IMG/VR virus record: IMGVR_UViG_3300032257_000018
Coordinates: 1 to 52,510 of that record
DNA: 52,510 nucleotides
Direction: 5' to 3' (one strand)
Origin: a virus
Taxonomy: Duplodnaviria; Caudoviricetes
The translations under genes and the position numbers were made by a program. Under the pieces are notes generated by a model, which ran no database searches, was not told the DNA's origin, and saw only the letters and a program-made list of their open reading frames with translations. Of this stretch, positions 1 to 9,904 are shown one piece after another (position 1 is the stretch's first letter; each line of letters starts with the position of its first letter).

Positions 1-149
1 GACATAGGTGTTCCGACTGGGATGCCTGTACTGTCAGTATAGCCCGCCGGTGAACGGAAAGAAGTCGAAGCCGCATCATTAGCCGGATTCGCTGCAATTA
101 CTAATGAACTTACGCAAAGCATCAATGCTAATAATAATATCTTTTTCAT
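1..149 (-). CDS. Signal-peptide-bearing protein, truncated at the left window edge (not in ORF track)
   Basis: GAGGA SD then ATG at 149; reads MKKILLLALMLCVSSLVIAANPANDAASTSFRSPAGYTDSTGIPVGTPM..., with basic N-terminus, hydrophobic core and VIA/A cleavage-like site; open to position 1. Confidence 0.7.
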   Translation of the reverse strand, partial: MKKILLLALMLCVSSLVIAANPANDAASTSFRSPAGYTDSTGIPVGTPM

Positions 150-268
150 TTTCATTCCTCGGTATATATTGAATTGGAGGGCCATAAGGCCCGGTTATTT
201 TTCTCTTATAACGATCAGAATTCATCCAATCGCCTATTGCGCTTGACTTAAAAACATCTTTAGCCACG

Positions 269-520
269 TCAGTCTTTATTACTTGTCCCTTCATCGACCT
301 CAATTGCCCCCTGGCAATGCTTTTTTGTCATGAAAACTAAATCCAACACCTTGCAGATAAATCGACAGGTTTTGCATTTATGCTTTATCTTGCCCAGCAC
401 ACTGCTTGTTGTTTCATCTTCAGACCCAAATCCACGACTACGCAATGAAGGAATAAAGCCAAGCAATACATTAAACATTTGACTTAATGAATTAAGAAAC
501 CGAAAAAACTGTACTTTCAT
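269..520 (-). CDS. Small conserved phage protein (DETxSS...C..LD...HC..AIExDEG type)
   Basis: Motif pattern typical of small proteins in phage structural regions; GAGG upstream. Confidence 0.65.
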   Translation of the reverse strand: MKVQFFRFLNSLSQMFNVLLGFIPSLRSRGFGSEDETTSSVLGKIKHKCKTCRFICKVLDLVFMTKKHCQGAIEVDEGTSNKD

Positions 521-550
521 TTCTTTCTGAGCCTCGCAATTATTTACGTG

Positions 551-1321
551 TTAATCCATATCCCAAGTGAACGCGCCAGTTGCAAACTGAATTTGATTGC
601 CGTTTACAATTGCTTGTGATGGCGTCATAACCCCAGATCCAAGCTGGTTACCGAGCGTAAGAGCGTCGAACAATGCCCAGTATGTGATTGTTCCCCATGC
701 ACCGGTTGATACAGGCGAACTTAACGCCGCGTTATTTGCTACCTGGCTCAATGTTCGCGCAAAGGCTGATACCAGTGAGCGCGCATAGGCATTACCAACC
801 GGCTCGGCAATCGCGCTGTTATCATCCAGTGGATTCGCAGTTGAGAAGGCAAGATATAGCGAAGGCTGCGCCATTGCAGATGCAGACACAAAGATATGCC
901 GGAGAATTGCATTAGCAAGATAATCAGAGTAACCAGTAATACTGATAGAAACCGATCCGGCTGCAAGACTGAATAAATTACCATTGACAACAGCCTGAGC
1001 AGGCGAGACAGTGCCGTTAGCAAGCATATTGCCACCGGTTAATGCATCAAATATCGCATAATGAGATATCGTTCCCCATGCCCCAGAAGCCTGGGCAAAA
1101 TCAATTTGATTGGTGTTTGTAGCAGTTCGGCCAGTAACACCCCACGCAGGAACAGCCTTTCGCGCATAGCCATTGCCAACAGGTTCAGCAATACCAGAAT
1201 TGTCTTCAGCAGGATCAGCCGTTGATAGAGCCACATAAATTGTAGGCTGGCCATATGCAGCTGTCAGACTGAAAATATGATCAAGCATCTTTTGCTCAAT
1301 GAAATTACTTATACCCGGCAT
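551..1321 (-). CDS. Virion appendage/fibre-base protein made of two tandem ~125-aa domains
   Basis: Two halves share YxALSTAxPxxDNSxIAEPVGNxYAR ... GAWGTIxxxAxFDALTxGN motifs; lies in the structural operon. Confidence 0.7.
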   Translation of the reverse strand: MPGISNFIEQKMLDHIFSLTAAYGQPTIYVALSTADPAEDNSGIAEPVGNGYARKAVPAWGVTGRTATNTNQIDFAQASGAWGTISHYAIFDALTGGNMLANGTVSPAQAVVNGNLFSLAAGSVSISITGYSDYLANAILRHIFVSASAMAQPSLYLAFSTANPLDDNSAIAEPVGNAYARSLVSAFARTLSQVANNAALSSPVSTGAWGTITYWALFDALTLGNQLGSGVMTPSQAIVNGNQIQFATGAFTWDMD

Positions 1322-1333
1322 ACCGTGTTACCC

Positions 1334-1696
1334 CTATTTTGTTACTTCTGGATCTAAGATGACTACGCCTTCAATTATCCTGGCGACGAATGCACCCAGA
1401 TAAATTTCAATGTCATAATCACCCTCAGAAAAAGACCACCCGCTTGATACTGACGCAGGTACCGAAAGTTTTACTTTTTTGTTTACAGTATCAACACTGA
1501 TGTCAGCAGAACTACCAGAATCAATGTCGTAATATTTAGTAGTGCCGGTTTTTCTATCTCTTATCTGCATTCTCGCGGCGAATCCAGTTAAGTCATAAGG
1601 CTCGCCGTCACTCTCACTGGTAACATCAAACTCATGATCGTATGTTGAGCCCTGCAGAATAGTAAGATCTTCTTCAACTATTGTTTTTTCTGACAC
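1334..1696 (-). CDS. Ig-like virion accessory protein (QGxT / DLTGxxARMQIR / YDIE type, BppU-N-like)
   Basis: Motifs ILQGSTY, YDLTGFAARMQIR, GDYDIEI, RIIEGVVILDPEVT. Confidence 0.7.
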   Translation of the reverse strand: MSEKTIVEEDLTILQGSTYDHEFDVTSESDGEPYDLTGFAARMQIRDRKTGTTKYYDIDSGSSADISVDTVNKKVKLSVPASVSSGWSFSEGDYDIEIYLGAFVARIIEGVVILDPEVTK

Positions 1697-1700
1697 TTAA

Positions 1701-2351
1701 TTATCCCCCGAAACCAAACGCAACCGGCTTAATGCTTGCAGGTTCATTACTGTAACCACGTGATACGAATGCCCGCGCCTCAGATATTCCACGCCTGAAT
1801 ATGATTTCATGTCGCCTTGCTTCATTTCTATCGGCCCAAGGCTTACTACTCATAGAGAAAAGGCGATACAGCGCACCTGAAACCAATGTATCCGCATACT
1901 CATCAAGTATCAGGTCATCCATACCATCAGCATCACGCTTTGGCCGGTATGTAGATTCAATGACCAGACCACGTGTTAATGCCTCAGTTGGAATCGGGTA
2001 CAATCGAATAGTACGGGTATCAGTCAGAATATAATGAGTTGGCTGGCTGCCTGTAACTGACTCCCACCCCGGATTTTCTGTATCAAGCTTGTCTTCAGTG
2101 ATTGGAAATATCATGACGCCGTTATACTTAACCCGGATTATCCCCAGCACCATGGATTCACTGATAGACTGAGCTTGATATGATGACTTGTTAGCAACCA
2201 CATTGATCGGATCACTCTTTTTACGCAGGATTCCAGATAAATCACAAAATTCAATCGCCGCGCGTCTTAGTTCCTTTTCTGCCGTGAAGTCTGGACAGGT
2301 ATCGACTTCAGGCAAAACGTCAGGTAACAACGAGTCAAAACGCGCCTTCAT
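1701..2351 (-). CDS. Head-tail adaptor protein
   Basis: LLPDVLPEVDTCP...LRRAAIEFC N-terminus, IRLYPIP and KPWAD motifs; downstream of capsid; TAATG coupling. Confidence 0.7.
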   Translation of the reverse strand: MKARFDSLLPDVLPEVDTCPDFTAEKELRRAAIEFCDLSGILRKKSDPINVVANKSSYQAQSISESMVLGIIRVKYNGVMIFPITEDKLDTENPGWESVTGSQPTHYILTDTRTIRLYPIPTEALTRGLVIESTYRPKRDADGMDDLILDEYADTLVSGALYRLFSMSSKPWADRNEARRHEIIFRRGISEARAFVSRGYSNEPASIKPVAFGFGG

Positions 2352-3037
2352 TATTTAGCACCGGAACTATTAGGATTAAATGGAGGTGCCTGGCGATTCG
2401 GGTTATTTTTAGCCAGGTTCTTCTCATCCATACCCAGACTTAATGCAAACGCCTGATAATGTGATGTTGCCCTGGCAGGATTGGCCGCATACTCAGCATC
2501 TTTTGAGTACGCTCGATACATGATGTAATCCAGTATTGCATTAGAATAGACATCATCAATCGTTATAACCGCGCCAATAAGGATGTCGGCAGGTGCCTCA
2601 GAGTAAACTAATTCAAGAAAACCCGGAGAAACCGCCGGTTGAGGCGGATAAACGTAAAACTGTTTCGGATCACGCGCATCAAAACAATAGTGCTTTGATT
2701 CAGCTGCAGGAGTAGATGCATGCCAGTCCGGTAACTGAGAATCAAGTACTTCCCTGTCAACGATTCTCACACCACGGCCAGGAGTCAGGCCATCAGTCCC
2801 CATATTGCGCACAATATCGATTAAGCGAATGCCGGTAGCGGGTATATTTTGCTTTGTACCCGTAACCATTACGACAGCAATATTTTTTGGATTGGCATCA
2901 GGTCGTAAATTAACGATCTCACGCTGCCCATCATTTAGCCACTCAAGTAATTCAGGCTCAGTCCATCGTACTTTAGTGATGTCCTGAAGTAGTTTTCCCG
3001 CTCGATCAATAATGCTTTGAGCAATTATGGTTGACAT
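2351..3037 (-). CDS. Head-tail adaptor protein (DUF6682-like)
   Basis: LLQD...RWTEPELLEWLNDGQREIVNLRPDA, FYVYPP, DYIMYRAYSKDAEYA; GAGG SD. Confidence 0.75.
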   Translation of the reverse strand: MSTIIAQSIIDRAGKLLQDITKVRWTEPELLEWLNDGQREIVNLRPDANPKNIAVVMVTGTKQNIPATGIRLIDIVRNMGTDGLTPGRGVRIVDREVLDSQLPDWHASTPAAESKHYCFDARDPKQFYVYPPQPAVSPGFLELVYSEAPADILIGAVITIDDVYSNAILDYIMYRAYSKDAEYAANPARATSHYQAFALSLGMDEKNLAKNNPNRQAPPFNPNSSGAK

Positions 3038-3066
3038 GGTTATAACCTCTTTTTAATTTCTAATAC

Positions 3067-3537
3067 TTACGCTTCGCCGCGTACATCCATGGCAAAACGC
3101 GGCACATCAACCTCTATCATTTGATCCTTATCGTTAGGATCTTCTTCATAGAGAGTTTCAACGGCACTACGGAGTACATTAACGACGCGCTCAGGTACGG
3201 TAACTTCAGAATTACGCTTGATTGCCCAAGCAACACCATTCACGGAAGCCGTCACAACGTCACGACCACCAGCACCTTCCTGATTATGAATCAAGATTTT
3301 GATTTTTTTGTCGCTACGATAGCCTTTATCGATCTCGCTGACATGCTCAACGTCAGTATCAACGTCAGTATCATCAACAGTGCCGCCGTTACCATCCTGA
3401 GCGATCAAGATCTGATCAACCATTTCATCAGTGGTCGTGCCTTCATCAAAGTCGATACTGAATTTCTCGCTTGCGATTTCGACCAATTCATCTTCAGAGC
3501 GTTTGCCCAGACTATTTGCTGTAAATTTTCCAGCCAT
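3067..3537 (-). CDS. Conserved post-capsid hypothetical protein
   Basis: Start reassigned to ATG 3537 (GGAG SD; the ORF-track upstream part crosses terminators); SVNG..W.IKR...V.VPE.V..VL motif. Confidence 0.7.
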   Translation of the reverse strand: MAGKFTANSLGKRSEDELVEIASEKFSIDFDEGTTTDEMVDQILIAQDGNGGTVDDTDVDTDVEHVSEIDKGYRSDKKIKILIHNQEGAGGRDVVTASVNGVAWAIKRNSEVTVPERVVNVLRSAVETLYEEDPNDKDQMIEVDVPRFAMDVRGEA

Positions 3538-3548
3538 GTTTTTTCTCC

Positions 3549-3576
3549 AAAAAAAAAGACCGCCAGAAGCAGTCTT
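3549..3576 (-). terminator. Intrinsic terminator (second after capsid gene)
   Basis: AAGACTGC-TTCTG-GCGGTCTT hairpin followed by a long T run on the minus strand. Confidence 0.7.
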
Positions 3577-3590
3577 AATTTTGTATAAAT

Positions 3591-3622
3591 AAAAAGGCCG
3601 GACCACAAACGCAGTCCGACCT
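3591..3622 (-). terminator. Intrinsic terminator (first after capsid gene)
   Basis: AGGTCGGAC...GTCCGGCCT hairpin then TTTTATTT on the minus strand. Confidence 0.7.
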
Positions 3623-3643
3623 ATTGTTTAGCCGATAAAGCTA

Positions 3644-4627
3644 TTACGCTTTAACAGCCACCTCACCGCGCACCATCCACAAGTCATTGAGGATTACGGC
3701 ATTCTGCATAGACTTCCATGCCACATGACCACGCTGACCCAGGGGATCACTGTCAGAAGGCTTAGGATTAACAACCATTGGGGTGATTGCAGTCTTACCC
3801 TTGAGCGGAACGATACCGTATGCATCACGTGCGACGTACAGCACAGGATATACATCCGCACTAGTACCAGTCGTACTCAGCATTGTGCCTTTCGCGCCAC
3901 CTGCATCCGCAAACGCCGTGAAGATTGTAGATGAAATGTAACGAACATCCTCAACCTTGCCGATTTCAGACTCATACGGCGTCATGCTTCCATATTTTTC
4001 ACATGGAACAAAACCCGTCATGTCACGAATATCAGACTCAAGATCCGAATGGACCAGACCGATAAACGATGGTGCAACCGCTTCAGTACCCCATGAAGGA
4101 GTTGAGCGAACAACCTTGGTGATCTTGCGCGCATTCTGACGCTTCAAGCTACGTGTAACACGACGCTGGAAAGCGATTGTAATAACAGTATTAACCGCAT
4201 TACGTGCAGAACCATTAGCGTATTCAACGCTGGTACCTGCTTTCAGCTTGTTATAACGCACCACTTCGATCATTTGAGCAGATTGCTCACCCAGCAGTTC
4301 AATGGTTTCCATCAAGACTGGATCTTCATGTGTATCCATGATGATGTCTGAAATGGTTACCAAGTCACCATACTGAGCTAAAGTCACTGATACATCGACA
4401 GATGACAGCTGCTTTGCGCTTGGTGTTACACCCTCAGTCAATGCATTGGGTGTAGTTGACAATGCACTATAACGTCGGAATGTAATTGTTTTTGAACTTC
4501 GACCTGGAAGCGGCTTGGCTTGACCAAACTTCTCCAGAACCAAGTAAGGAATACCGCGCTTCAATAATTCACGTGAAGCATGTGCGGCTGTACGTGGTGA
4601 AATATCACCATAAACTGTATCTACCAT
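3644..4627 (-). CDS. Major capsid protein, N4-gp56 family
   Basis: YGDISPRTAA, LTEGVTP, QYGD, EIGKVEDVRYI, SDSDPLGQRGHVAWK motifs; follows scaffold; GAGG SD. Confidence 0.92.
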   Translation of the reverse strand: MVDTVYGDISPRTAAHASRELLKRGIPYLVLEKFGQAKPLPGRSSKTITFRRYSALSTTPNALTEGVTPSAKQLSSVDVSVTLAQYGDLVTISDIIMDTHEDPVLMETIELLGEQSAQMIEVVRYNKLKAGTSVEYANGSARNAVNTVITIAFQRRVTRSLKRQNARKITKVVRSTPSWGTEAVAPSFIGLVHSDLESDIRDMTGFVPCEKYGSMTPYESEIGKVEDVRYISSTIFTAFADAGGAKGTMLSTTGTSADVYPVLYVARDAYGIVPLKGKTAITPMVVNPKPSDSDPLGQRGHVAWKSMQNAVILNDLWMVRGEVAVKA

Positions 4628-4689
4628 TTTAAGTTACCTCAAAAAAAGAAATACGCGCTTGTCTCCCGACAGTACGTTAATTCTATTAT

Positions 4690-5598
4690 TTAACGATCAA
4701 GAGCCTCCGCCTCATCCCATCCGCCATCAAAATCATTCTTCCCAGCCTTTTGACCGGGAGCGCCACCGGACGAACCTTTGACGCCAGCAAGAGCGTCGAT
4801 TTCTTCTTGCTTGTTTCGACGTTGTTGCTCTTTTTGATTTTGAAGCTTCTGCGTATCAGCATTAGCATCCGTTCCCGCGTGATCCTTAAACTGTGATATC
4901 AGGCTTATAACATCACCCGCATTACCACGCTCTTTAATATCACGCATTGCATCGGCTATATATGATGGTTGTGATTCAATGAAACCGTCGAATTCATCAC
5001 TGCTTACAACATCCTGCCAATCACTGTGAGCATTTTCGATCTCAGTAAAATGATTAGTCATTGCCATTTTCTGGGCTTCTTCTGTCAACGGATCAATGTT
5101 TTCAGATTTAATTTTGTTGAAAGCATTATCAACAACAGCCTGAATACCATCAGCAACTTCCGGATAATCGTTTTTGAACGATTCAACGGCATCATTAGGA
5201 TCACCATCATCATGTTCATCACCAGCAGTATCGCTGGAATCACCTTCATCACTAACACCGGATAAGATCTTTTGTTCCAGGGTATTCAATCGCTCAGTCA
5301 TTTCGGTCTTTTCTTTGTTATGACGACCTTCAAATGACTTTCGCGCTTGCCTTTCCTTTTCGTAAAGCTCTTTATAATCCGGCTCACCTTCATTAGATTC
5401 ATTACTGGAATCATCATTCAGGTTATTTGCCTCATCATTACTGGCACTGGTATTGACTGTATCTAAATCATTGTTGGCATCATCACCACTGTCCTGAGAT
5501 CCTTCAGCATTCGCATCAGTATCAGGGGCGGCCTGCTTGCCTCCGTTCTCATCTTCATCCCACGCACTATCAAATTCGTCTTTCACTTCATCACTCAT
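4690..5598 (-). CDS. Capsid scaffolding protein
   Basis: Highly acidic, coiled-coil segments, HSDWQDVV..DEF motif; between portal and capsid; start reassigned to MSDEVKDEF. Confidence 0.8.
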   Translation of the reverse strand: MSDEVKDEFDSAWDEDENGGKQAAPDTDANAEGSQDSGDDANNDLDTVNTSASNDEANNLNDDSSNESNEGEPDYKELYEKERQARKSFEGRHNKEKTEMTERLNTLEQKILSGVSDEGDSSDTAGDEHDDGDPNDAVESFKNDYPEVADGIQAVVDNAFNKIKSENIDPLTEEAQKMAMTNHFTEIENAHSDWQDVVSSDEFDGFIESQPSYIADAMRDIKERGNAGDVISLISQFKDHAGTDANADTQKLQNQKEQQRRNKQEEIDALAGVKGSSGGAPGQKAGKNDFDGGWDEAEALDR

Positions 5599-5647
5599 AT
5601 CACTATCACCTATCGGTCGGGCCACTCTTGATCGTGGTATCCGCCAT

Positions 5648-5681
5648 AAAAAAAGCCAGTAACCCGAAAGGGGACTGGCTT
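5648..5681 (-). terminator. Intrinsic terminator upstream of scaffold gene
   Basis: AGCCAGT-CCC-TTTC-GGG-ACTGGCT hairpin followed by a T run. Confidence 0.7.
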
Positions 5682-5724
5682 CGTTACAAAAAGATAAAGG
5701 GATACTTCCTAAACCCCGTCGGGA

Positions 5725-5976
5725 TTATTCCGTATAGCCTCCATCCTGTTTAAATCTTTGTACTTCCAATTCTTCTCGATTGGTTAATAACTCCCGTAAT
5801 TCCCGTAATCCCTGTACTTTTCCCTGCACTGCTTTCACCAGGGTATCGTCAGAAATAACCAATTCGTCTTTATAGTCATCGACCATTGCATCAATCAAGG
5901 CAACAATCTGACTTCCGCCGGTAGTAATACCGAAGCTATTCGCAGCTGCGATTAAATCAATTGTCACCTTTTTCAT
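5725..5976 (-). CDS. Small conserved protein between portal and scaffold
   Basis: Helical, QG...GLRELR motif typical of the post-portal gene in podoviruses. Confidence 0.7.
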   Translation of the reverse strand: MKKVTIDLIAAANSFGITTGGSQIVALIDAMVDDYKDELVISDDTLVKAVQGKVQGLRELRELLTNREELEVQRFKQDGGYTE

Positions 5977-5978
5977 TG

Positions 5979-7889
5979 TTACTGCATTCCTGCTTCTGGC
6001 TGCGCTTGACCTTGCTGCCCTTGCTGATCAGATGGAATTCCGCCATCAACTTGATTCTGGCCCCCGACTTCTTCACGCACTTCCTTTTCAGTCTTTACGA
6101 CATCATCAGCACCCAGGTCATATGCTTTAGCCCGCTCCATTAACAGCGCACCCCGATTAATATACGGCGCGTCATATGGATTCAATGTGCTAGTTGCAAA
6201 CGAGTCCAATTGCTGGGCTCTTATCTCTTTTGCAACCAGTGACGATGAACCCTTAGCACTTACTTCATAATCACCCTTTATTGCAGGATCATCAGTAAAC
6301 TGCATATTCCAGTTATACATCGCTTTAATGAATGGCTTGGTTATGCCTTCATCATAGAATCGCACTTGCTCTTTAATGTTGATATTTGCAGCGCCCATCA
6401 GCATTGAAAGACCACCAACCGTATTACCTACCCGGCCACCGGGAGCGTCACCCTGCATATAACTTGGGACTGTGCTTTCATGAGCCTGATTTTCAAACAT
6501 GTCTTTTATTTGCATGTATTCGCGCGTATAGCTCGGAATATTGTAAACACGCAAAGCAGGCGAGGCAGAATCAACACCCAGTCCAGTTCGATGCCATATT
6601 CTTCTTGGGTAAACAGAAGATGCATCTTCACCTTTCGCAAGCAGTGACATATTTACCTCAAGCTGGGGACCCGCGCTTATCGCTGCATTATCAAGCATTG
6701 CTCTTGTTGATGAATTAATACCGACTTGTTCATCACGAATAATCGACGCAACACCTTCACCGAAGATATTTGTTTCGTCTTTATCGTAGTAATAAATATA
6801 AAACGGAAGCTTTCTGCCTTTAAGTGGAACAATCACTGCCTTGATGACAATAGGGCCAAGCATCCAGATATTGCCCCACATATCAAGATCTTTATCTGCG
6901 CCTTCAGGTAAATCACACCCGCAATCAGCAAGATCACCCGCTTGAATAACGCCCCAGTATTCTTTTAACTCATATCGTTTTGCAGCAGATGGCGATATAG
7001 CTTCTTTATTCCCCAGGGCATTCAATTCAATTTCATGAGGAAGATACTGCAGGTCACCATCAGGAAACGCGCGCATGTAATCAAGAATCGCATCTTCCTT
7101 AAAATAAGGTCGATCAGTCAGCTTCATTAGCTGGCTACTGGTATGTACATGACGCTGAAAAACATAATTGCAGTCGTCAATACTTTTTGCCGCCATATCC
7201 GGAAAGAAATCCCAGATAGGAACGAACTCAAGGAAAGGAAGTAATAATTCTTCTTTCCCTAATTCCCATTCACCCGAATTACTTAATACCCAGGCTTCAC
7301 GTGATCTTTTCTCAACTAACGGCCCTTTTAATATCCCGGTACCGTAAAGGTTACCCGAATGAACAACATCACCAATGATATCGCGGTATTTTACTTCAGC
7401 CAGCTGGTCTTCAATTTTAAGACTCATTGATTCAGCGGCTTTCTTCGCTTCCTGCTTAACCACCATCCGAACCTCATCCTCAGTAGGTGCGCGACCTATG
7501 CTCTGAGTGATGTATTCAATGATATTCTGTTTAGCCTCAGTGGTAACACGAGGCTCAGGAGTCGGAGATATAGACCAGTTCTTTTCTTTTGATGCAGGAA
7601 AAAGCATTTCCATAATGCGCGCATCAACTGTACGGACCTTTTTCCGCGTCATACGGCTGAAGATCCGGCTTTGATTTTTCTGCATCCTGGCAAGGACTTC
7701 AGGATCATACACGCCACGATACGCGCGCAAATCTTGCAATAATCTTTCTTCAATAAAACGGCGATGGCCCTGAGCTTCTAAAAACAACCGCTCAAGCACA
7801 GATCCGATATTGGTTGCGTGATCTTCAAGAAGCGCATGCTTCTCGCGCTTTTCTTCCATCGTCATACTGGATGATGTCATGCCCATCAA
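5979..7889 (-). CDS. Portal protein
   Basis: 636 aa directly after TerL; YGTGILKGP, WDFFPD, FGEGV, DNAAISAGPQ, GLSMLMGAA; Q-rich tail. Confidence 0.9.
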   Translation of the reverse strand: MMGMTSSSMTMEEKREKHALLEDHATNIGSVLERLFLEAQGHRRFIEERLLQDLRAYRGVYDPEVLARMQKNQSRIFSRMTRKKVRTVDARIMEMLFPASKEKNWSISPTPEPRVTTEAKQNIIEYITQSIGRAPTEDEVRMVVKQEAKKAAESMSLKIEDQLAEVKYRDIIGDVVHSGNLYGTGILKGPLVEKRSREAWVLSNSGEWELGKEELLLPFLEFVPIWDFFPDMAAKSIDDCNYVFQRHVHTSSQLMKLTDRPYFKEDAILDYMRAFPDGDLQYLPHEIELNALGNKEAISPSAAKRYELKEYWGVIQAGDLADCGCDLPEGADKDLDMWGNIWMLGPIVIKAVIVPLKGRKLPFYIYYYDKDETNIFGEGVASIIRDEQVGINSSTRAMLDNAAISAGPQLEVNMSLLAKGEDASSVYPRRIWHRTGLGVDSASPALRVYNIPSYTREYMQIKDMFENQAHESTVPSYMQGDAPGGRVGNTVGGLSMLMGAANINIKEQVRFYDEGITKPFIKAMYNWNMQFTDDPAIKGDYEVSAKGSSSLVAKEIRAQQLDSFATSTLNPYDAPYINRGALLMERAKAYDLGADDVVKTEKEVREEVGGQNQVDGGIPSDQQGQQGQAQPEAGMQ

Positions 7890-9361
7890 TAGCCACCCGC
7901 GTCAGCTGGACCATGATTAGCATGGGATCGAGCGGGAGTCTTATCGTACAAATCAACGCGAGAGAAACGACCATCAATAGACATTACGCCATACTCCAAT
8001 GCTTCAGCTGGATGTGAATATTTGTTTTTGTTTGGTTTGTCATGAAAACGCTCATCACCTGACACCTGAACCCGGTCATACTTGTAACCGCCCTTCAGTG
8101 CCTTATTGATAGTTTTACAATTATGTGAAACCAGTAATCCCGGTTTGCCATCGACCAGCTTTGTTAAAAAGTGATCTACAGCCCCTTTTCTTGCTTCAGG
8201 ATTCTGCGTTGATGCCTCGACAGTCGGTATGCCCTGTCCATTCAATACCTGTATGCATGTTCGCTCATCAGTCTGAGCGCGCTGGCCACCACCTGGATCA
8301 CCAAACGAATTTATTTTGTCTTTGAATTCTGGATAATTGTTTGCAATATGCGGATTAACGATGTCACGGGAAAAACGCTCTATACCCATATTCTCGCTAA
8401 CCAGTTCATCCAGTATTCGTAATTGACCCCGCGGAGTCAGCTGCATGAAGATAACAGCAGGCGTTAAACCAAAGTCCCAACCAAGAACAAGCGGCAGGCC
8501 CTTGTATGGTGTTAAAACCCGATCTGAGTAATGAATGCGCTCGTTATAATCAGGGTAAACAGGCTTGCCGTCGTAAACAGCACCGTATTCATTTGCAAGA
8601 TTGACCGATACCCAGCTATCCTTTTTACCGGCCATGCCATTCTGATAATAACCAGCGGGCAGATTATTCAGGTTTTCAGCATACGGATTAACGCGCCATA
8701 TAACGCCACCATCGCTATTCAATCCATCACGAATGACACCACCCGGCTGTTTTAGGAACACCCATCCATCCGGTTGCACTTCTTCAGCTTGGTCGTGATA
8801 CCAGTGATCATCATCAGGCGCATTCGTATCGCCGATCATTCCATGCCAAGTAGGTCCACCATCCATCTTTGACGGATAGCGACCATGGCGAAGGTCACAC
8901 ATATCAATAATCGCCTTGGGCAATTCTTTTACTTCGTTTAGCCAGAACCCGGTAGTTTGCGCACCACGCAGCTTTTTAACGTGCGCAACTGTATCCAACG
9001 CAAGAAAAACCAGTTCAGACACAACCCGGCTACCATCTTCAAGATCAAAATCAAGAAAATGTGTAGGAGGCTCATCACCACCACCCTTGTACCTGCCCAG
9101 ATCCCCGAACAAATCAATCCAGTCTTTTATTGTTGTTGTCTTGAGATCCGGATAAGTATTTCTAACTGCATAAAAACGGGTTTTACGTATGCCTTCAGCG
9201 TTTTGCCGCTGTTCAGCCATTGCCGTTAATAATCTCTGACATGATTGAAACGTCTTGCCAGATCCAAGCGGCCCCATGATCATGGTTACCCTGGCCCTGC
9301 TTCGCATATACTCATCAAGTACCGCGCCTTGCGGTTTCATGCGTATTTCAAATTTCTGCAT
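7886..9361 (-). CDS. terL: Terminase large subunit
   Basis: Walker A GPLGSGKT, Walker-B-like FWLNE, coupling motif DTN, nuclease GWDFG, GDP and SHPAEALEY. Confidence 0.93.
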   Translation of the reverse strand: MQKFEIRMKPQGAVLDEYMRSRARVTMIMGPLGSGKTFQSCQRLLTAMAEQRQNAEGIRKTRFYAVRNTYPDLKTTTIKDWIDLFGDLGRYKGGGDEPPTHFLDFDLEDGSRVVSELVFLALDTVAHVKKLRGAQTTGFWLNEVKELPKAIIDMCDLRHGRYPSKMDGGPTWHGMIGDTNAPDDDHWYHDQAEEVQPDGWVFLKQPGGVIRDGLNSDGGVIWRVNPYAENLNNLPAGYYQNGMAGKKDSWVSVNLANEYGAVYDGKPVYPDYNERIHYSDRVLTPYKGLPLVLGWDFGLTPAVIFMQLTPRGQLRILDELVSENMGIERFSRDIVNPHIANNYPEFKDKINSFGDPGGGQRAQTDERTCIQVLNGQGIPTVEASTQNPEARKGAVDHFLTKLVDGKPGLLVSHNCKTINKALKGGYKYDRVQVSGDERFHDKPNKNKYSHPAEALEYGVMSIDGRFSRVDLYDKTPARSHANHGPADAGGY

Positions 9362-9897
9362 TAATCTTCTGAATCAGACTCGGAGCCAGTGAAATCCTTA
9401 ATAATCACCAGTGGACGACCATCAATCTGGCCTGAATGCTTCAACATCGTTGAATCTCCGTATTTTTTCGGCTTCAGCTTGCTTGCAAGGAACTTTCTCG
9501 CATCAACCCTGAGCCTTGAACGCTGTATATGCTCATGATCGACAACCATGTTGCCCTCATCATCTTCCATGAAGTCATTCCGGCCATCGTCTGCTATCTC
9601 AATGATCTCATCGGCAAGATAATCAGCCTGATCTTCACGCGCGCGCGCGTATTGGTTTGAAAAATCGTCATTCTCACGGAGCCATTTATACACACTGCTT
9701 ACCGCTGGCATGCTTTCAGGCTGGCAGATATTCCGTAAACTTTTACCTATTGCCAATTGAGCGCAAATATCATCAGCCAGTTTCCAGTTAAATCCGGATG
9801 GACGACCTTTCTTCTTCGGTACAACTTTTTTCTTCTTAGCAGCTGCCTTTTTTTTGGCTGGAGCTTTCTTCTTTACAGCTGCCTTTTTTTTGGTCAT
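9361..9897 (-). CDS. terS: Terminase small subunit
   Basis: GRPS, HTH (ICAQLAIGKSLRNIC...SVYKWL), YARAREDQADYLADEIIEIAD, RLRVDARK...KKYGD; TAATG coupling to terL; start probably MTKKK at 9897. Confidence 0.9.
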   Translation of the reverse strand: MTKKKAAVKKKAPAKKKAAAKKKKVVPKKKGRPSGFNWKLADDICAQLAIGKSLRNICQPESMPAVSSVYKWLRENDDFSNQYARAREDQADYLADEIIEIADDGRNDFMEDDEGNMVVDHEHIQRSRLRVDARKFLASKLKPKKYGDSTMLKHSGQIDGRPLVIIKDFTGSESDSED

Positions 9898-9904
9898 TAC
9901 CAAT

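Noticed and set aside
79-303. 74-aa ORF from the track
   Set aside because: Overlaps the better-supported signal-peptide ORF by 71 nt and the upstream gene; no recognisable motif; left unannotated but not strictly excluded
5600-5647. Structured leader upstream of the scaffold gene
   Set aside because: Only a short CCAC/GTGG pairing is visible; insufficient without comparative data
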